Part shown: positions 39,913-49,674 of the stretch, in pieces
Layout of the letters: each line of letters starts with the position of its first letter
Position numbering within the stretch: position 1 is the first letter of the stretch
Source of the DNA: Candidatus Nanoarchaeia archaeon
GTDB taxonomy: Archaea > Nanobdellota > Nanobdellia > Tiddalikarchaeales > Tiddalikarchaeaceae
Assembly (NCBI GenBank): GCA_041653395.1
Contig: JBAZFK010000001.1
Coordinates: 66,728 to 130,727 of the forward strand
Reading direction: 5' to 3'
Length of the DNA stretch: 64,000 nt
Position numbers and translations under genes: made by a program
Notes under the pieces: model-generated
Databases searched by the model: none
Seen by the model: the letters and a program-made list of their open reading frames with translations, nothing else
What the model was told of the DNA's origin: nothing

Positions 39913-41187
39913 ATGGCAAAAGCAAAACCACATTTAAACTTAGTTTTCGTAGGTCATGTAGATCACGGAAAATCAACATTAATGGGTAGAATGTTATTCG
40001 AAACAGGAGTAGTAAGTCCCCAAGAACTTGATAAGTTTAAAAAATTAGCAGCAGAGCTAGGTAAAGGTACATGGGAGTACGCTTACGCTTTGGATGCTTC
40101 TCCAGAAGAGAGAAAAAGAGGAGTTACTATTGATTTAGCTCACAGGAAATTTGAAACTCCTAAATATGAAGTCACATTAATTGATGCTCCAGGGCACAAA
40201 GATTTCATTAAAAACATGATTACTGGTGCAAGCCAGGCAGATGCAGCATTATTAGTTGTAGCTGTTGGTGAAGGAGTACAGCCTCAAACGCAAGAGCACG
40301 TATTCTTGCTTAAAACTCAAGGAGTAAAGCAAGTGGCAGTAGCGCTTAACAAAATGGATACTATAAACTATGACCAAGCAAAATATAATGCAGTTAAGGA
40401 AGATTTGAAAAAATTGCTAGGAAGCGTTGGATACAAAGCTGATGAAATTAATTTCATACCAACAAGCGCATTAGATGCTGAAGCATGCAATGTTAAAGTT
40501 AAGAGCCCAAAAACTTCATGGTATACCGGACCAACGCTTTTAGAGCAGATTGATTCATTCAAGTTGCCTGAAAAGCCAACAAGCTTGCCATTAAGAGTGC
40601 CTATACAAGATGTTTACACAATCACTGGAATTGGAACAGTTCCAGTAGGAAAAGTTGAATCAGGAATATTAAAGAATAACTCTAAAGTTATTTTCATGCC
40701 TGAAAATCTTACTGCTGATGTAAAAACTATTGAAATGCATCATGAAATGGTGGAAACTGCAGAGCCAGGAGACAACATTGGATTCTCAGTAAAAGGAATC
40801 GACAAGAAATCAATCAAAAGAGGAAGTGTTATGGGAACACCAGACAGTCCTCCAACAGTTGCGAAAAGATTCAAGGCTCAAATAATGATTTTGCAGCACC
40901 CAACAGTAATAACTGTAGGATACACTCCAGTTCTTCACTGCGGAACAGCGCAAGTTGCTTGTAAGATTGTTGAAATCACTGCACAGCTAGACCCAAAAAC
41001 TGGCGGTGTTAAGGCAGAGAAGCCAGACTTCATTAAAAGAGGAGACGCTGCCATTGTAGTATTTGAACCAAGCAAGCCAATGGTTATTGAAGAAAAAACA
41101 GTTATTCCACAAATGGCAACATTTGCTATAAGGGATATGGGAATGACTATTGGAGCAGGAGTATGCATTAAAGTAGAAAAGGCTTAA
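39913..41187 (+). CDS. tuf: Elongation factor 1-alpha (aEF-1A).
   Basis: It has GHVDHGKSTL, DAPGHKDF and NKMD motifs. Confidence 0.9.
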   Translation: MAKAKPHLNLVFVGHVDHGKSTLMGRMLFETGVVSPQELDKFKKLAAELGKGTWEYAYALDASPEERKRGVTIDLAHRKFETPKYEVTLIDAPGHKDFIKNMITGASQADAALLVVAVGEGVQPQTQEHVFLLKTQGVKQVAVALNKMDTINYDQAKYNAVKEDLKKLLGSVGYKADEINFIPTSALDAEACNVKVKSPKTSWYTGPTLLEQIDSFKLPEKPTSLPLRVPIQDVYTITGIGTVPVGKVESGILKNNSKVIFMPENLTADVKTIEMHHEMVETAEPGDNIGFSVKGIDKKSIKRGSVMGTPDSPPTVAKRFKAQIMILQHPTVITVGYTPVLHCGTAQVACKIVEITAQLDPKTGGVKAEKPDFIKRGDAAIVVFEPSKPMVIEEKTVIPQMATFAIRDMGMTIGAGVCIKVEKA

Positions 41188-41282
41188 AGCCTTTTCTTAT
41201 TTTTCTTATTTTTTTTAAACTATTAATTTTTTTTAGAAACTATGGAAATCTTTTTAAACTATTCCATTTTATTTTCATTATT

Positions 41283-41591
41283 ATGTCCAGTGTAAGAATA
41301 AAACTATCAAGCACGAATATTAGCCAATTGAATGATATTTGCAGTCAAATAAAAGACATTGCTGACAGGATGAAAGTCAAGATGAAAGGCCCAATTCCTT
41401 TGCCAAGAAAAGAGATGAGGGTTCCAGTAAGAAGAAGCCCATGCGGCAGCGGAAGGGAATCTTATGAGACTTGGGAAATGAGGCTGTCTAAAAGGTTTAT
41501 TGACTTGGCAGTTAACGAGATGGCTTTAAGGCTTATTATGAGAATACCAATGCCTAAAGGCGTAAATGTTGAAATGGAAATAAGGGAATAA
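41283..41591 (+). CDS. rps10: 30S ribosomal protein S10 (uS10).
   Basis: The length is 102 aa with an S10 fold signature. It sits at the conserved position after tuf. Confidence 0.85.
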   Translation: MSSVRIKLSSTNISQLNDICSQIKDIADRMKVKMKGPIPLPRKEMRVPVRRSPCGSGRESYETWEMRLSKRFIDLAVNEMALRLIMRIPMPKGVNVEMEIRE

Positions 41592-41638
41592 AGAATTCTT
41601 CACAATATTTTAAAAATTAATTACTATTAGTTATTATT

Positions 41639-42166
41639 ATGATAATAATCTATCCAACTGAGACTTGCTATGGACTTGGCTGCAGCGCATTTGACAAGGA
41701 AGGCATTAAGAAAATTTATGAATTAAAAAAAAGGGATTCATCTAAGCCATTAATACTTTTAGTAGATTCCATTAAGATGTGGAAACAAATTGCTAAAGTC
41801 AGCAAAAAAGCAGAAGCTTTAGCTAAAAAGCATTGGCCCGGAGCTTTGACAATAATTCAGCCAAAAAAATCCTGCATTCCTGATTTATTGGCCAAAGAAG
41901 AAATTGGAGTGAGGTTGAGCCCGCACAGAATTCCAAACAAATTAATTAAAGAGTTAAAAGCGCCAATTGTCAGCACTAGTGCTAACATTGCAGGAGGAAA
42001 AACACCTTACAGCATTGGCGAAATTCCAGAGTCAATAAAGAAACATGCTGACAAGATTATTGACTATGGTAAATTAGAGTTTAATCCTGCAAGTACTGTT
42101 ATCAAGATTGAAAAAAACAAGGTACTTCTTGTCAGAAAGGGAAGCATAGAAAATTTTGAATTATAA
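41639..42166 (+). CDS. YrdC/Sua5-family L-threonylcarbamoyladenylate synthase (YrdC domain only).
   Basis: It has YPTETCYGLGC (the PTDTVYGLG motif). The length is 175 aa. Confidence 0.65.
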   Translation: MIIIYPTETCYGLGCSAFDKEGIKKIYELKKRDSSKPLILLVDSIKMWKQIAKVSKKAEALAKKHWPGALTIIQPKKSCIPDLLAKEEIGVRLSPHRIPNKLIKELKAPIVSTSANIAGGKTPYSIGEIPESIKKHADKIIDYGKLEFNPASTVIKIEKNKVLLVRKGSIENFEL

Positions 42167-42170
42167 TATT

Positions 42171-42863
42171 TTATGCTAACAAATTTCTTAAAGCCCAAAA
42201 AGCAGAAAAAAGAACAATAATATGAATAAAATAAATTTTTAATGAATGCTTGCCCATGAAGCAAACACTATTAATTATTCCGTTTTTCATTTTTTTAGCT
42301 TTCCTATTTTTATAAAATTCACTGCCTAAATATGTGCCTATTAAAAAAACTCCAAGCCAAGGAATAAGAGGATAATAATCAAAAGTGCTTAAATTAGCAT
42401 AGTTAAAGCCGAGTATTGATAAGTATTTGAAATTGACAGCATAATTATTTATGAACTCACTAATAAACAATATTGCTATCCCAAAAATTAAGGCAAGCTT
42501 TTTATTGCTTATAAAATAAGATAATATAATGCAGGCTCCAATGCAGTGAAGTATTCCAAAAAAAACGAAATCATGAGGGAATAACAGAAACGTAGCAATA
42601 GTTATTAATAAAGCCAGCCCAAAAATATTAAAGCCCCTTATTAAGACTGATTTTTTGCCAAAAACTCTTGCCTGTATGCTTGAAGAAATACCGCTTACTG
42701 TTAAAAAAATCAGGGGAATAGTCATTTGAAACTTTCCAATAAATCCCGAATAAAGACTTAACTTCATAAACCCAAAATAATCAAGGTAAAAAAGGAAATG
42801 AAAAATAATCATCATTATAACTGCTGCTCCTCTGAAAAAATCAAGCTCCCAAAACCTTGCCAT
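42171..42863 (-). CDS. DUF1624 (acyltransferase-3-like) polytopic membrane protein.
   Basis: The N-terminal RFWELDFFRGAAVIMMIIFH matches the R..sLDllRG...lMi..H signature. Confidence 0.4.
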   Translation of the reverse strand: MARFWELDFFRGAAVIMMIIFHFLFYLDYFGFMKLSLYSGFIGKFQMTIPLIFLTVSGISSSIQARVFGKKSVLIRGFNIFGLALLITIATFLLFPHDFVFFGILHCIGACIILSYFISNKKLALIFGIAILFISEFINNYAVNFKYLSILGFNYANLSTFDYYPLIPWLGVFLIGTYLGSEFYKNRKAKKMKNGIINSVCFMGKHSLKIYFIHIIVLFSAFWALRNLLA

Positions 42864-42868
42864 GAAAA

Positions 42869-43510
42869 TTACCTGAAATATTGGATTTCCTTTGATTTAT
42901 AATATTTTGAAACAATGAAACCAACAATGAAGCCAGCAGCATGAGCAATGTGGCCTATTCCATCTCCCCCTAATACTGATAAGACTAGTTCAATAATCAA
43001 AAATATTGGCCCGACAACGCTTATTTTTAATGGAACTGGGAAGGGGAAGATGAAGATTCTAGTATTGGGCTCAAAGATTACCACACTTCCAATTATTGCG
43101 TACACAAAGCTGCTAATTCCTAGCCCGTAAATTCCAGGATTAAAGACTCCGAAAATGATGTTTGAAATAACAGTGCTTGAAAAGAATAATTTAATCATGA
43201 AATTAGTGCCTTTTCTTTGCTCTAAAAATGAGCCGAACATGAATATTGCCCAGCAGTTAAAAAATAAATGCTCAAAATTTGCATGAAAGAAAGAGTTAGT
43301 GACTAAAATCCATGGATACTTAAAGACATTTAAGCTATTGAATAAGACTAACTCAAACAAGTCATTGCCAAAAAAGCTTGAGGCAACAAAGCATACAGCG
43401 CATGAGATTAATAAGAATTTGGTGAATTCTCCCATTAAAACAACCGGCTTTTTCTTTGCTTTGCCGTAATAAAACTGCTTTAAATCCTCATCATTGTAAT
43501 ACTCATCCAT
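42869..43510 (-). CDS. Rhomboid-family intramembrane serine protease.
   Basis: It has the TM2 HxxxN (HANFEHLFFN), the Ser motif GISSFVYAIIGS, and the His motif HIAHAAGFIVG. Confidence 0.6.
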   Translation of the reverse strand: MDEYYNDEDLKQFYYGKAKKKPVVLMGEFTKFLLISCAVCFVASSFFGNDLFELVLFNSLNVFKYPWILVTNSFFHANFEHLFFNCWAIFMFGSFLEQRKGTNFMIKLFFSSTVISNIIFGVFNPGIYGLGISSFVYAIIGSVVIFEPNTRIFIFPFPVPLKISVVGPIFLIIELVLSVLGGDGIGHIAHAAGFIVGFIVSKYYKSKEIQYFR

Positions 43511-43566
43511 GAATAATCCTTACCAACCTAAAGTTTTAAAAGTTTTTAATTGTTTTAGTTAAAACA

Positions 43567-44178
43567 ATGAAAAAAGCAATAATTCCACTACTTATGATTT
43601 TAATATTATTTTCAGGATGCGTTAAGCTTAACACTACTGAGGAGCTTAAAAGAAATGGTTTAATGAATGTAATAGTAATATTTGAGTCTTCTTACTTCAC
43701 AATCTCTGATTTGGTTAATTCTTCAATAACTCCTAATCCTAACCTGAATCCAATTTCTGAAAGGGTGAACAACACTTTAATTTATTATTTTTCAAATGTC
43801 AACCCTTTTGAGTCGGACTTGTTTGTCAATTCTGGCGAGAATGAGTATTTAAATGTTAATCCTTCAGGATTCTTAGGAGGCAACACTTTCAAGTATAGCA
43901 CTGAATTCCAATTCCCTTATTATTACTATTATTACACTGCTGATTTTGGCAATGCTTCTATCCAAGGAGATGAGGCTTTTAACAAGTCTTATTTGCTTGA
44001 TTTGGCCCAGAATTACACTATTGATTATGATGTAATTTACTTTGGTGAATTAGTAAGCACTAATGGGCAAGAAATTAGTGATAAAAAAATAAGGTTTTCT
44101 CCGCAAATCAGTAACGACTACGAGCTTACTTTTAGGGAGTTTTTTTTAATAAATTGGCTTAAAAGATTAACTGAGTGA
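43567..44178 (+). CDS. Secreted lipoprotein.
   Basis: It has the lipobox LFSGC, many NxT/S sites, and a YYYYY run. Confidence 0.35.
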   Translation: MKKAIIPLLMILILFSGCVKLNTTEELKRNGLMNVIVIFESSYFTISDLVNSSITPNPNLNPISERVNNTLIYYFSNVNPFESDLFVNSGENEYLNVNPSGFLGGNTFKYSTEFQFPYYYYYYTADFGNASIQGDEAFNKSYLLDLAQNYTIDYDVIYFGELVSTNGQEISDKKIRFSPQISNDYELTFREFFLINWLKRLTE

Positions 44179-44742
44179 TTACAATAATCTTGAACCTTTT
44201 TTTATCATTGAGTTGTCGTTTAATGTTTCAAACACTATTTTAGTTTTTGACATTTTTTTGTAAAATTCGTATTCTTCCTTTATTTTATTAGGCCCAAAGA
44301 TGTAGATATCCATTCCTTGCCATAAAAAAAACACCCCCATTGGCTCAAATACAACAAAGAACATGCTTAAAACCAATCCTGATTGGTTTTTTAAATAATA
44401 ATGCAGCAAGGTTGAGCTTATTAGCAAAGCTGCTGAAATAATTATGAACAATAATCCTTTTTTTATGATTGACTTTTTCTTTAAGCCAGTTAATACTTGG
44501 TGTTTTTTGAAGTGATTCAAAAGCCTTTCCTTTATTATGCTTTCTTTTCTCTCATTCTTAATGGCTTTAGGGATTAATATTTGCAGCTCCAAACCATCAT
44601 ATCCTTTGTCCTGGCTTGCCTTTTTGCACTCGGACAAGAAATCATCTGACAAGGATTTTTTGTCATAATCCCTGCTGTCAAAATCTGAGAATAAGTCCTG
44701 ATAATCATCCACTACAAAGTTTATTTGCTCTGATTCTTCCAT
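44179..44742 (-). CDS. Hypothetical membrane protein (acidic N-terminus, two TM helices).
   Basis: It is supported by the ORF and hydropathy only. Confidence 0.3.
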   Translation of the reverse strand: MEESEQINFVVDDYQDLFSDFDSRDYDKKSLSDDFLSECKKASQDKGYDGLELQILIPKAIKNERKESIIKERLLNHFKKHQVLTGLKKKSIIKKGLLFIIISAALLISSTLLHYYLKNQSGLVLSMFFVVFEPMGVFFLWQGMDIYIFGPNKIKEEYEFYKKMSKTKIVFETLNDNSMIKKGSRLL

Positions 44743-44829
44743 ACTGCTTAATTAAGGTTCATTTTTTTAAAAACTTGATTGTTTCATAATTCTTATAAAT
44801 ACAAAATATTAATATTATTCTTGTTAAGT

Positions 44830-44913
44830 GCTATGATGGCGGAGTGGTCTATCGCGTCGGTCTAGAAAACCGATTCTCGCAAGGGAGCACAGGTTCAAAT
44901 CCTGTTCATAGCG
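44830..44913 (+). tRNA. tRNA-Ser (type II, long variable arm). The anticodon reads AGA in my fold, so it has A at position 34.
   Basis: The hand fold gives acceptor GCTATGA/TCATAGC with G73, D-arm GCG..CGC, anticodon stem TCGGT/ACCGA with loop CTAGAAA, a 15-nt variable arm, and T-arm ACAGG TTCAAAT CCTGT. Confidence 0.75.
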
Positions 44914-44954
44914 GTCCGAGACTAATTCTATACGCCATCCAGTTTTCTTTATAA

Positions 44955-45245
44955 ATGACTTTGGGAGTTGATGTAGTCTTTGGAAGCAACAATAAGATTA
45001 AAGTAAAAATGGACGAATCTTACAAATTCCCCGGCAAAGGCACAGAAGAAAGAGAAGAGCTCATGAAATTATTAAAAAAAATAAAGAAATACGAAGAAGT
45101 CGTAGATTTAGACATATTTTCTCTAAAAAAAATAATGAAAGACGAGCTATGGACAAAAGAAGAGCTAAAACAATTAAAGAAATTCGCCGAGAAAACACAA
45201 AGCACCACAATTTACCCAAGCAAAATAAACAAAAACGAGGAATGA
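44955..45245 (+). CDS. Hypothetical Lys/Glu-rich protein.
   Basis: It is supported by the ORF only. Confidence 0.25.
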   Translation: MTLGVDVVFGSNNKIKVKMDESYKFPGKGTEEREELMKLLKKIKKYEEVVDLDIFSLKKIMKDELWTKEELKQLKKFAEKTQSTTIYPSKINKNEE

Positions 45246-45418
45246 AACTCCTTCTCTCCCTGCAAGTATTTTAAGCTCCTTCGCTCAAGCTCAGAGAGCA
45301 TTAAAAAACTTGCTGCCACAGTATAACACTGTGTTTGGCACCGCTCGAGAAGAAAAGCCTCTCTCTTTCCTTTGAACTGACTGCCCAAACCCCGAATTTT
45401 TTCAACGAAAGTCTTTGA

Positions 45419-45679
45419 TTGAAAAAATCGGAGGTTTGTAAAATGAATACAAAAATGTTAGTAAGTAGGGTGTGGGCAACCACTGGATTAAGCTTCAAGG
45501 TAAAGAAGCTAATCGACGAAAAAACCAGAAAGGTTTTAGAAGAAACCAATCCAGAAATCAACCAGATAGGCATGCTGGAAGACATCAGTAAGCTACTAAG
45601 CTTAGACTGGAAGGTCTCAAGGCAGCTATGGAGAATGAGAGAAGAGCTGAAAGCTGTTAAAGAAGGTGCTCAAGAATGA
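45419..45679 (+). CDS. Hypothetical protein encoded in the GC-rich patch.
   Basis: The ORF has atypical codon usage (CTG, CTC and AGC codons). Its stop overlaps the next start (ATGA). Confidence 0.3.
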   Translation: MKKSEVCKMNTKMLVSRVWATTGLSFKVKKLIDEKTRKVLEETNPEINQIGMLEDISKLLSLDWKVSRQLWRMREELKAVKEGAQE

Positions 45680-45954
45680 GCACCTTCATAAAAGACAGCA
45701 AAGTCGGCGACAAGCTGATAATAAAAGCTTGGGAATCTTTCTCAGGCATCTACTGGCTAGCTACTGAGCTAGCCTACAAGCAAGACTCAGTCATTAACGG
45801 AAAAGTCTACAAAGATGACGAAATCTACTTCGGATTCGTTACAGGTCCATATCCAGAATGGGGCTATTTTAGCAAAACCGAAATAGAACTTCTAAAGCCA
45901 ATGGCTTGGGAGCTAAAAAAAGAAGCCATCGGATGGCTAACCAAAGAATGCTAG
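45676..45954 (+). CDS. Hypothetical protein encoded in the GC-rich patch.
   Basis: The ORF is translationally coupled to the previous one. Confidence 0.3.
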   Translation: MSTFIKDSKVGDKLIIKAWESFSGIYWLATELAYKQDSVINGKVYKDDEIYFGFVTGPYPEWGYFSKTEIELLKPMAWELKKEAIGWLTKEC

Positions 45955-46100
45955 GTTCTACCTAGCTATTAATAAACAATTAGCTTCGCTTGTTGTTAGG
46001 GCTCGCTCTTCGAGCTTGCCTATTTAAATATATTTATGATTATATTTTTTAAAAATAGTAATCATAACATTTTTAAATATAAATTTATTTTTAAATTTTT

Positions 46101-46352
46101 ATGAGTTGTTTAACAAAAATCATAATCAATTTTAATTTAAATAGAATTGAAAATTCAGATATTTTAGGTGAGACAATAAGTAAATATTTGACTAAATCTT
46201 ATGAAATGGCACTAAAAGGAGATATCAAAGCAGTTGAATATGCGTTAGATTCTGCATTATCTGTAAGACTTATTGGTCCAAAGGGATATTTTGATAGAGA
46301 AATAAATACTGCTAAATTGATTTATAATCTTGCTCAAAAAAGAAGTCATTAA
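46101..46352 (+). CDS. Hypothetical small protein. Its 3' end is a diverged copy of the 3' end of the 45676 ORF.
   Basis: The 37-nt stretch at 46335-46372 is about 31/37 identical to 45915-45952. Confidence 0.25.
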   Translation: MSCLTKIIINFNLNRIENSDILGETISKYLTKSYEMALKGDIKAVEYALDSALSVRLIGPKGYFDREINTAKLIYNLAQKRSH

Positions 46353-46475
46353 CTGGCTTACCAAAGAATGCTTTATAAAAGATTTTATCCTATTTATTGG
46401 TTTTTTAAAAAAAATAATTGATTAACTATTATTTTAATAATAATTGTTTTATAGATTTATTTATAAATTATCTAT

Positions 46476-47195
46476 ATGTATATTTTAAAAATGGATGAGC
46501 AAGAATTTTTTACTCTTAATTGGGAAATGAGCGTTGATAAAAAAGATGCTAAGAAAAGGGCAGATTATGTTAAAAAATATGTAGTTAAATATAATAAGCA
46601 TGCTAATAAGATATTAGAATTGGGTGTGGGCATAGGAGAAGTATTAGTTCATTTTTCAAAGGATTATCTTGTTCATGGTCTTGATATTGAGAAAGAATGC
46701 ATTAAAATATGCAGAAAAAAAATGCCAAATGGGAAATTTTTGGTTGCAAGTATGCACAATTTCAAAATTGATGAAAAATTTGATGTAATATTTTCCGCTC
46801 AGGATTCGTTAAACTTTCTTGAAACTTTTAGCAAATGGGAATCAACATTTAAAAATGTCCATAATCATTTGATTAAAAATGGGCTGTTTATCTTTGATAT
46901 ATATACCCCTAAAGTGTTAAAAGAAAATAAAAACAAAGAAGTTCTTGAAAAAGTGCCTGCAGGCTTTTCTTATTACAAAGTAAATGTTAAAAAGAATGTT
47001 TTAGTTTTTGAAGAGAAAATCTTTGAACAAGTAATCGGAAAAGAAAAAACATATAAACTTCATGAGGATAAATTCAATGAAATTATATGGCCAGTTTCCA
47101 AGGTTAAAAAAGCATTGTTAAAATACTTTAAAATTGTTGAAACATTTAATTTGAATCAGGGTTTAAGGATACTTTTTATATGCAAGAAAACTTAG
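46476..47195 (+). CDS. Class I SAM-dependent methyltransferase (small-molecule / Methyltransf_11-12-like).
   Basis: It has motif I ILELGVGIGE, post-I HGLDIE, and motif II FDVIFS. Confidence 0.6.
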   Translation: MYILKMDEQEFFTLNWEMSVDKKDAKKRADYVKKYVVKYNKHANKILELGVGIGEVLVHFSKDYLVHGLDIEKECIKICRKKMPNGKFLVASMHNFKIDEKFDVIFSAQDSLNFLETFSKWESTFKNVHNHLIKNGLFIFDIYTPKVLKENKNKEVLEKVPAGFSYYKVNVKKNVLVFEEKIFEQVIGKEKTYKLHEDKFNEIIWPVSKVKKALLKYFKIVETFNLNQGLRILFICKKT

Positions 47196-47205
47196 TTTTT
47201 TATAA

Positions 47206-48264
47206 TTACTTCTTTCTTCTTCTAAATAAGAAGAATATCAGGTATGCTACTGTTGATAGCCAGTATCCTATTTCGTATTGTTTTTGGCCATAGAACATGT
47301 ATCTCATTGTTATCATTAAGTAGGCAATATTAACTATGTTGTTTGAGCTGATTAGGTTTATTCTTTTAGTGCTTGGCTTGACATGTTCTACAAGCTTGTT
47401 TTCTTCATTCAATTCTTTTAGAGCTAAATTTTGTTCGCACACTTTTTTTATCTGTTCTGGGCTGTTGTTGGTGCTGTTTTGGACTATTCTTATTACTTCA
47501 TTTGTGTTTTCGCATTTGCCTTCTAAGAGTTTCATTATTAATTGGTTGGCTTCTTGGTTGGTTAATGATTTAAGCTTAATAGTGTGGTCAAATTCAATGT
47601 ATGCTTTGTTGTTAATTCCTGCTCCTATGAATTGGTAGTTGTTTCTCATTAAATCCTTGATAATTTTCTTGTCATTAACAGTGGCTGATTCTAAAGAGTC
47701 TAACAAAACAATTATATGATTGTTGTCTTGGCGTAATTTATTCATTAATTCCTGCTTATTGGCTGATTTGCTGGTTATTATTCCTTTGGCTTTGCATATT
47801 GTTTCTAGGCAAGTCTTTATGGGCTTAATCTCTGCATAAACGCTGCCTTTCAAGTATTTATCATTTAATCTTTTAAGCAAAGCTGTTTTTCCAAATCCGC
47901 TCTCTCCTAATAAGAGGACATTTTTCTTCCTTTCAGCATTGTAAAGAATTTCATTAATAACTTCCTTGTTTTCAATGAATAAATCTTTATTGTCAAAAAC
48001 TAAATCTTGTTTTAATTCTGTATTTATTGATTCAAACTTTCCTAAAACTGTTAAAGCTAAAAGTTTTCCTTTAGAAGTTAATGAATACTTGTTTTCTTTC
48101 TTGTCAACTATTCCATTAATAATATAAGAATTAATGATTCTGTAAAAAGTCTTTTTATTAACATTCTTGATTTCATTAAAAGCTTTAGAATTATCAAACA
48201 ACTCTTCCAATATTAATTGATGATTCTTTGTTTTAGAACACAACTGCACAAGCTTTGACCACAT
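47206..48264 (-). CDS. Winged-helix / P-loop ATPase with a C-terminal transmembrane anchor.
   Basis: It has an N-terminal wHTH-like FYRIINSYIINGIV, Walker A LLLGESGFGKTALL, Walker B IIVLLDSLE, and a hydrophobic C-terminal tail. Confidence 0.5.
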   Translation of the reverse strand: MWSKLVQLCSKTKNHQLILEELFDNSKAFNEIKNVNKKTFYRIINSYIINGIVDKKENKYSLTSKGKLLALTVLGKFESINTELKQDLVFDNKDLFIENKEVINEILYNAERKKNVLLLGESGFGKTALLKRLNDKYLKGSVYAEIKPIKTCLETICKAKGIITSKSANKQELMNKLRQDNNHIIVLLDSLESATVNDKKIIKDLMRNNYQFIGAGINNKAYIEFDHTIKLKSLTNQEANQLIMKLLEGKCENTNEVIRIVQNSTNNSPEQIKKVCEQNLALKELNEENKLVEHVKPSTKRINLISSNNIVNIAYLMITMRYMFYGQKQYEIGYWLSTVAYLIFFLFRRRKK

Positions 48265-48332
48265 GAAAGGTATTAGTTTTAAAGATGTATAAAAACAAAT
48301 ATGTTTTTAATAAATTAAATATTTAATTTATT

Positions 48333-49094
48333 ATGGTTGATTTGGTTAACAAGAAAAGGGTTAATTATGACAAACTTGTAGGTTCTTCAAGGGATTTTAC
48401 TAAGCAAATAGAATGGATGGATAAATTATTTAAAAAATATGGAGTTAAGACTGTTCTTGATGCAGGTTGTGGGACAGGAACTCATGCAGTTTTATTGGCA
48501 AAAAAAGGATACCTAGTTTCAGCTTTTGATTACAGCAAAGGGCAGGTAGAACTTGCTAAAGAAAAAGCAAAACAAAACAATGTTAAAATAAATTTTTATG
48601 TGGGAGATATTAGGGATTTTGATTTTGGAAAATTTGATGCAATAGTGAGCTTTTTTGCTCCAATAATGTTTGGATGCAAAAATAAATCCGATTTAAAAAA
48701 AGCCATTTTATCCATAAAGAATTCATTAAGCCCAAATGGCATAGCTTTTATTGAAACTATGGATTCTAAAATGATGGAATCTTCAGGTCTTGAAATACTC
48801 AAACATGCTGACAAAGATTTCAAAGCTGCAAGACTGGCATTCTATGATTTTAATAAAGATAAAAAATCAGCTAAAATAAAATATGTTGAAGTTATTGAAA
48901 ACAATAAAAAAATAACTATTGACAAATCAGAAGCAAATCATTATTACTATGACAAGAAAGATTTTGAAGAAGTGTTTAAATCCCTTGATATTAAACTAAT
49001 TAATTGGTATAGTTCATTTAATGATAAGAAAGGAAAGTATGATTTATTTTCAGATAAAGTATCTTGGATGATTACCCCTTTATTTAGAAAATAA
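48333..49094 (+). CDS. Class I SAM-dependent methyltransferase.
   Basis: It has motif I VLDAGCGTGTHA, post-I SAFDYS, and motif II FDAIVSFF. Confidence 0.65.
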   Translation: MVDLVNKKRVNYDKLVGSSRDFTKQIEWMDKLFKKYGVKTVLDAGCGTGTHAVLLAKKGYLVSAFDYSKGQVELAKEKAKQNNVKINFYVGDIRDFDFGKFDAIVSFFAPIMFGCKNKSDLKKAILSIKNSLSPNGIAFIETMDSKMMESSGLEILKHADKDFKAARLAFYDFNKDKKSAKIKYVEVIENNKKITIDKSEANHYYYDKKDFEEVFKSLDIKLINWYSSFNDKKGKYDLFSDKVSWMITPLFRK

Positions 49095-49134
49095 TTTAAT
49101 TTAAAGAAAATAATATACACTATTCGCTTCATTC

Positions 49135-49674
49135 TCACCATTTGAGACTAAAACCTAGCTCAACTATCACACATGCCAAAACCATGAAAACAAAGCCAAT
49201 TATGGCATCTTTAGCGGAACCAGTCTCTACTGGACCATTAAAAATCACGAATCTTGACTTGTTTGGATAGAATAACTGCACTCCAGATGGTGTAAATAGG
49301 TCTAAAATGATATGAGATGTGTATCCAACTAACATAAACAAGCAATTGGTCTCTACAAATGATAATAAACCAAGCAGTAGAGACCAATAAATACTATGAA
49401 AAAGCCCCCTATGGCCAAAAGTTTTGTATAAATAATCACTAATTCCAGGCAAAAACTTACCTAATAAGGTATTTGGGTTGTCTATATCAGGTATTAAAGA
49501 AAAAACTAAAAGCCAAGCATTGGCCTTTAAGCCAAATAGCATAGAAATCATTATTGCAAGGTTTAAATGAGTAAACCAAATCATAAAATAAAAACAGTTA
49601 AAGTTATATTTAAATAAAAATATAAAATAGTAATGATTAGACATATTTTTTGGGCAGTTATTATTGTATTCCAA
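49135..49674 (-). CDS. DUF457 (YdjM-like) membrane-bound metal-dependent hydrolase.
   Basis: It has FGHRGLFHS and SHIILDLFTPSGVQLFYP motifs with TM helices. Confidence 0.5.
   Translation of the reverse strand: MEYNNNCPKNMSNHYYFIFLFKYNFNCFYFMIWFTHLNLAIMISMLFGLKANAWLLVFSLIPDIDNPNTLLGKFLPGISDYLYKTFGHRGLFHSIYWSLLLGLLSFVETNCLFMLVGYTSHIILDLFTPSGVQLFYPNKSRFVIFNGPVETGSAKDAIIGFVFMVLACVIVELGFSLKW

Noticed and set aside
45270-46010. Loosely similar 18-nt motifs (GCTCCTTCGCTCAAGCTC against GCTCGCTCTTCGAGCTTG) flank the GC-rich patch.
   Set aside because: They share only about 13/18 identity with indels. That is not convincing as target-site duplications.
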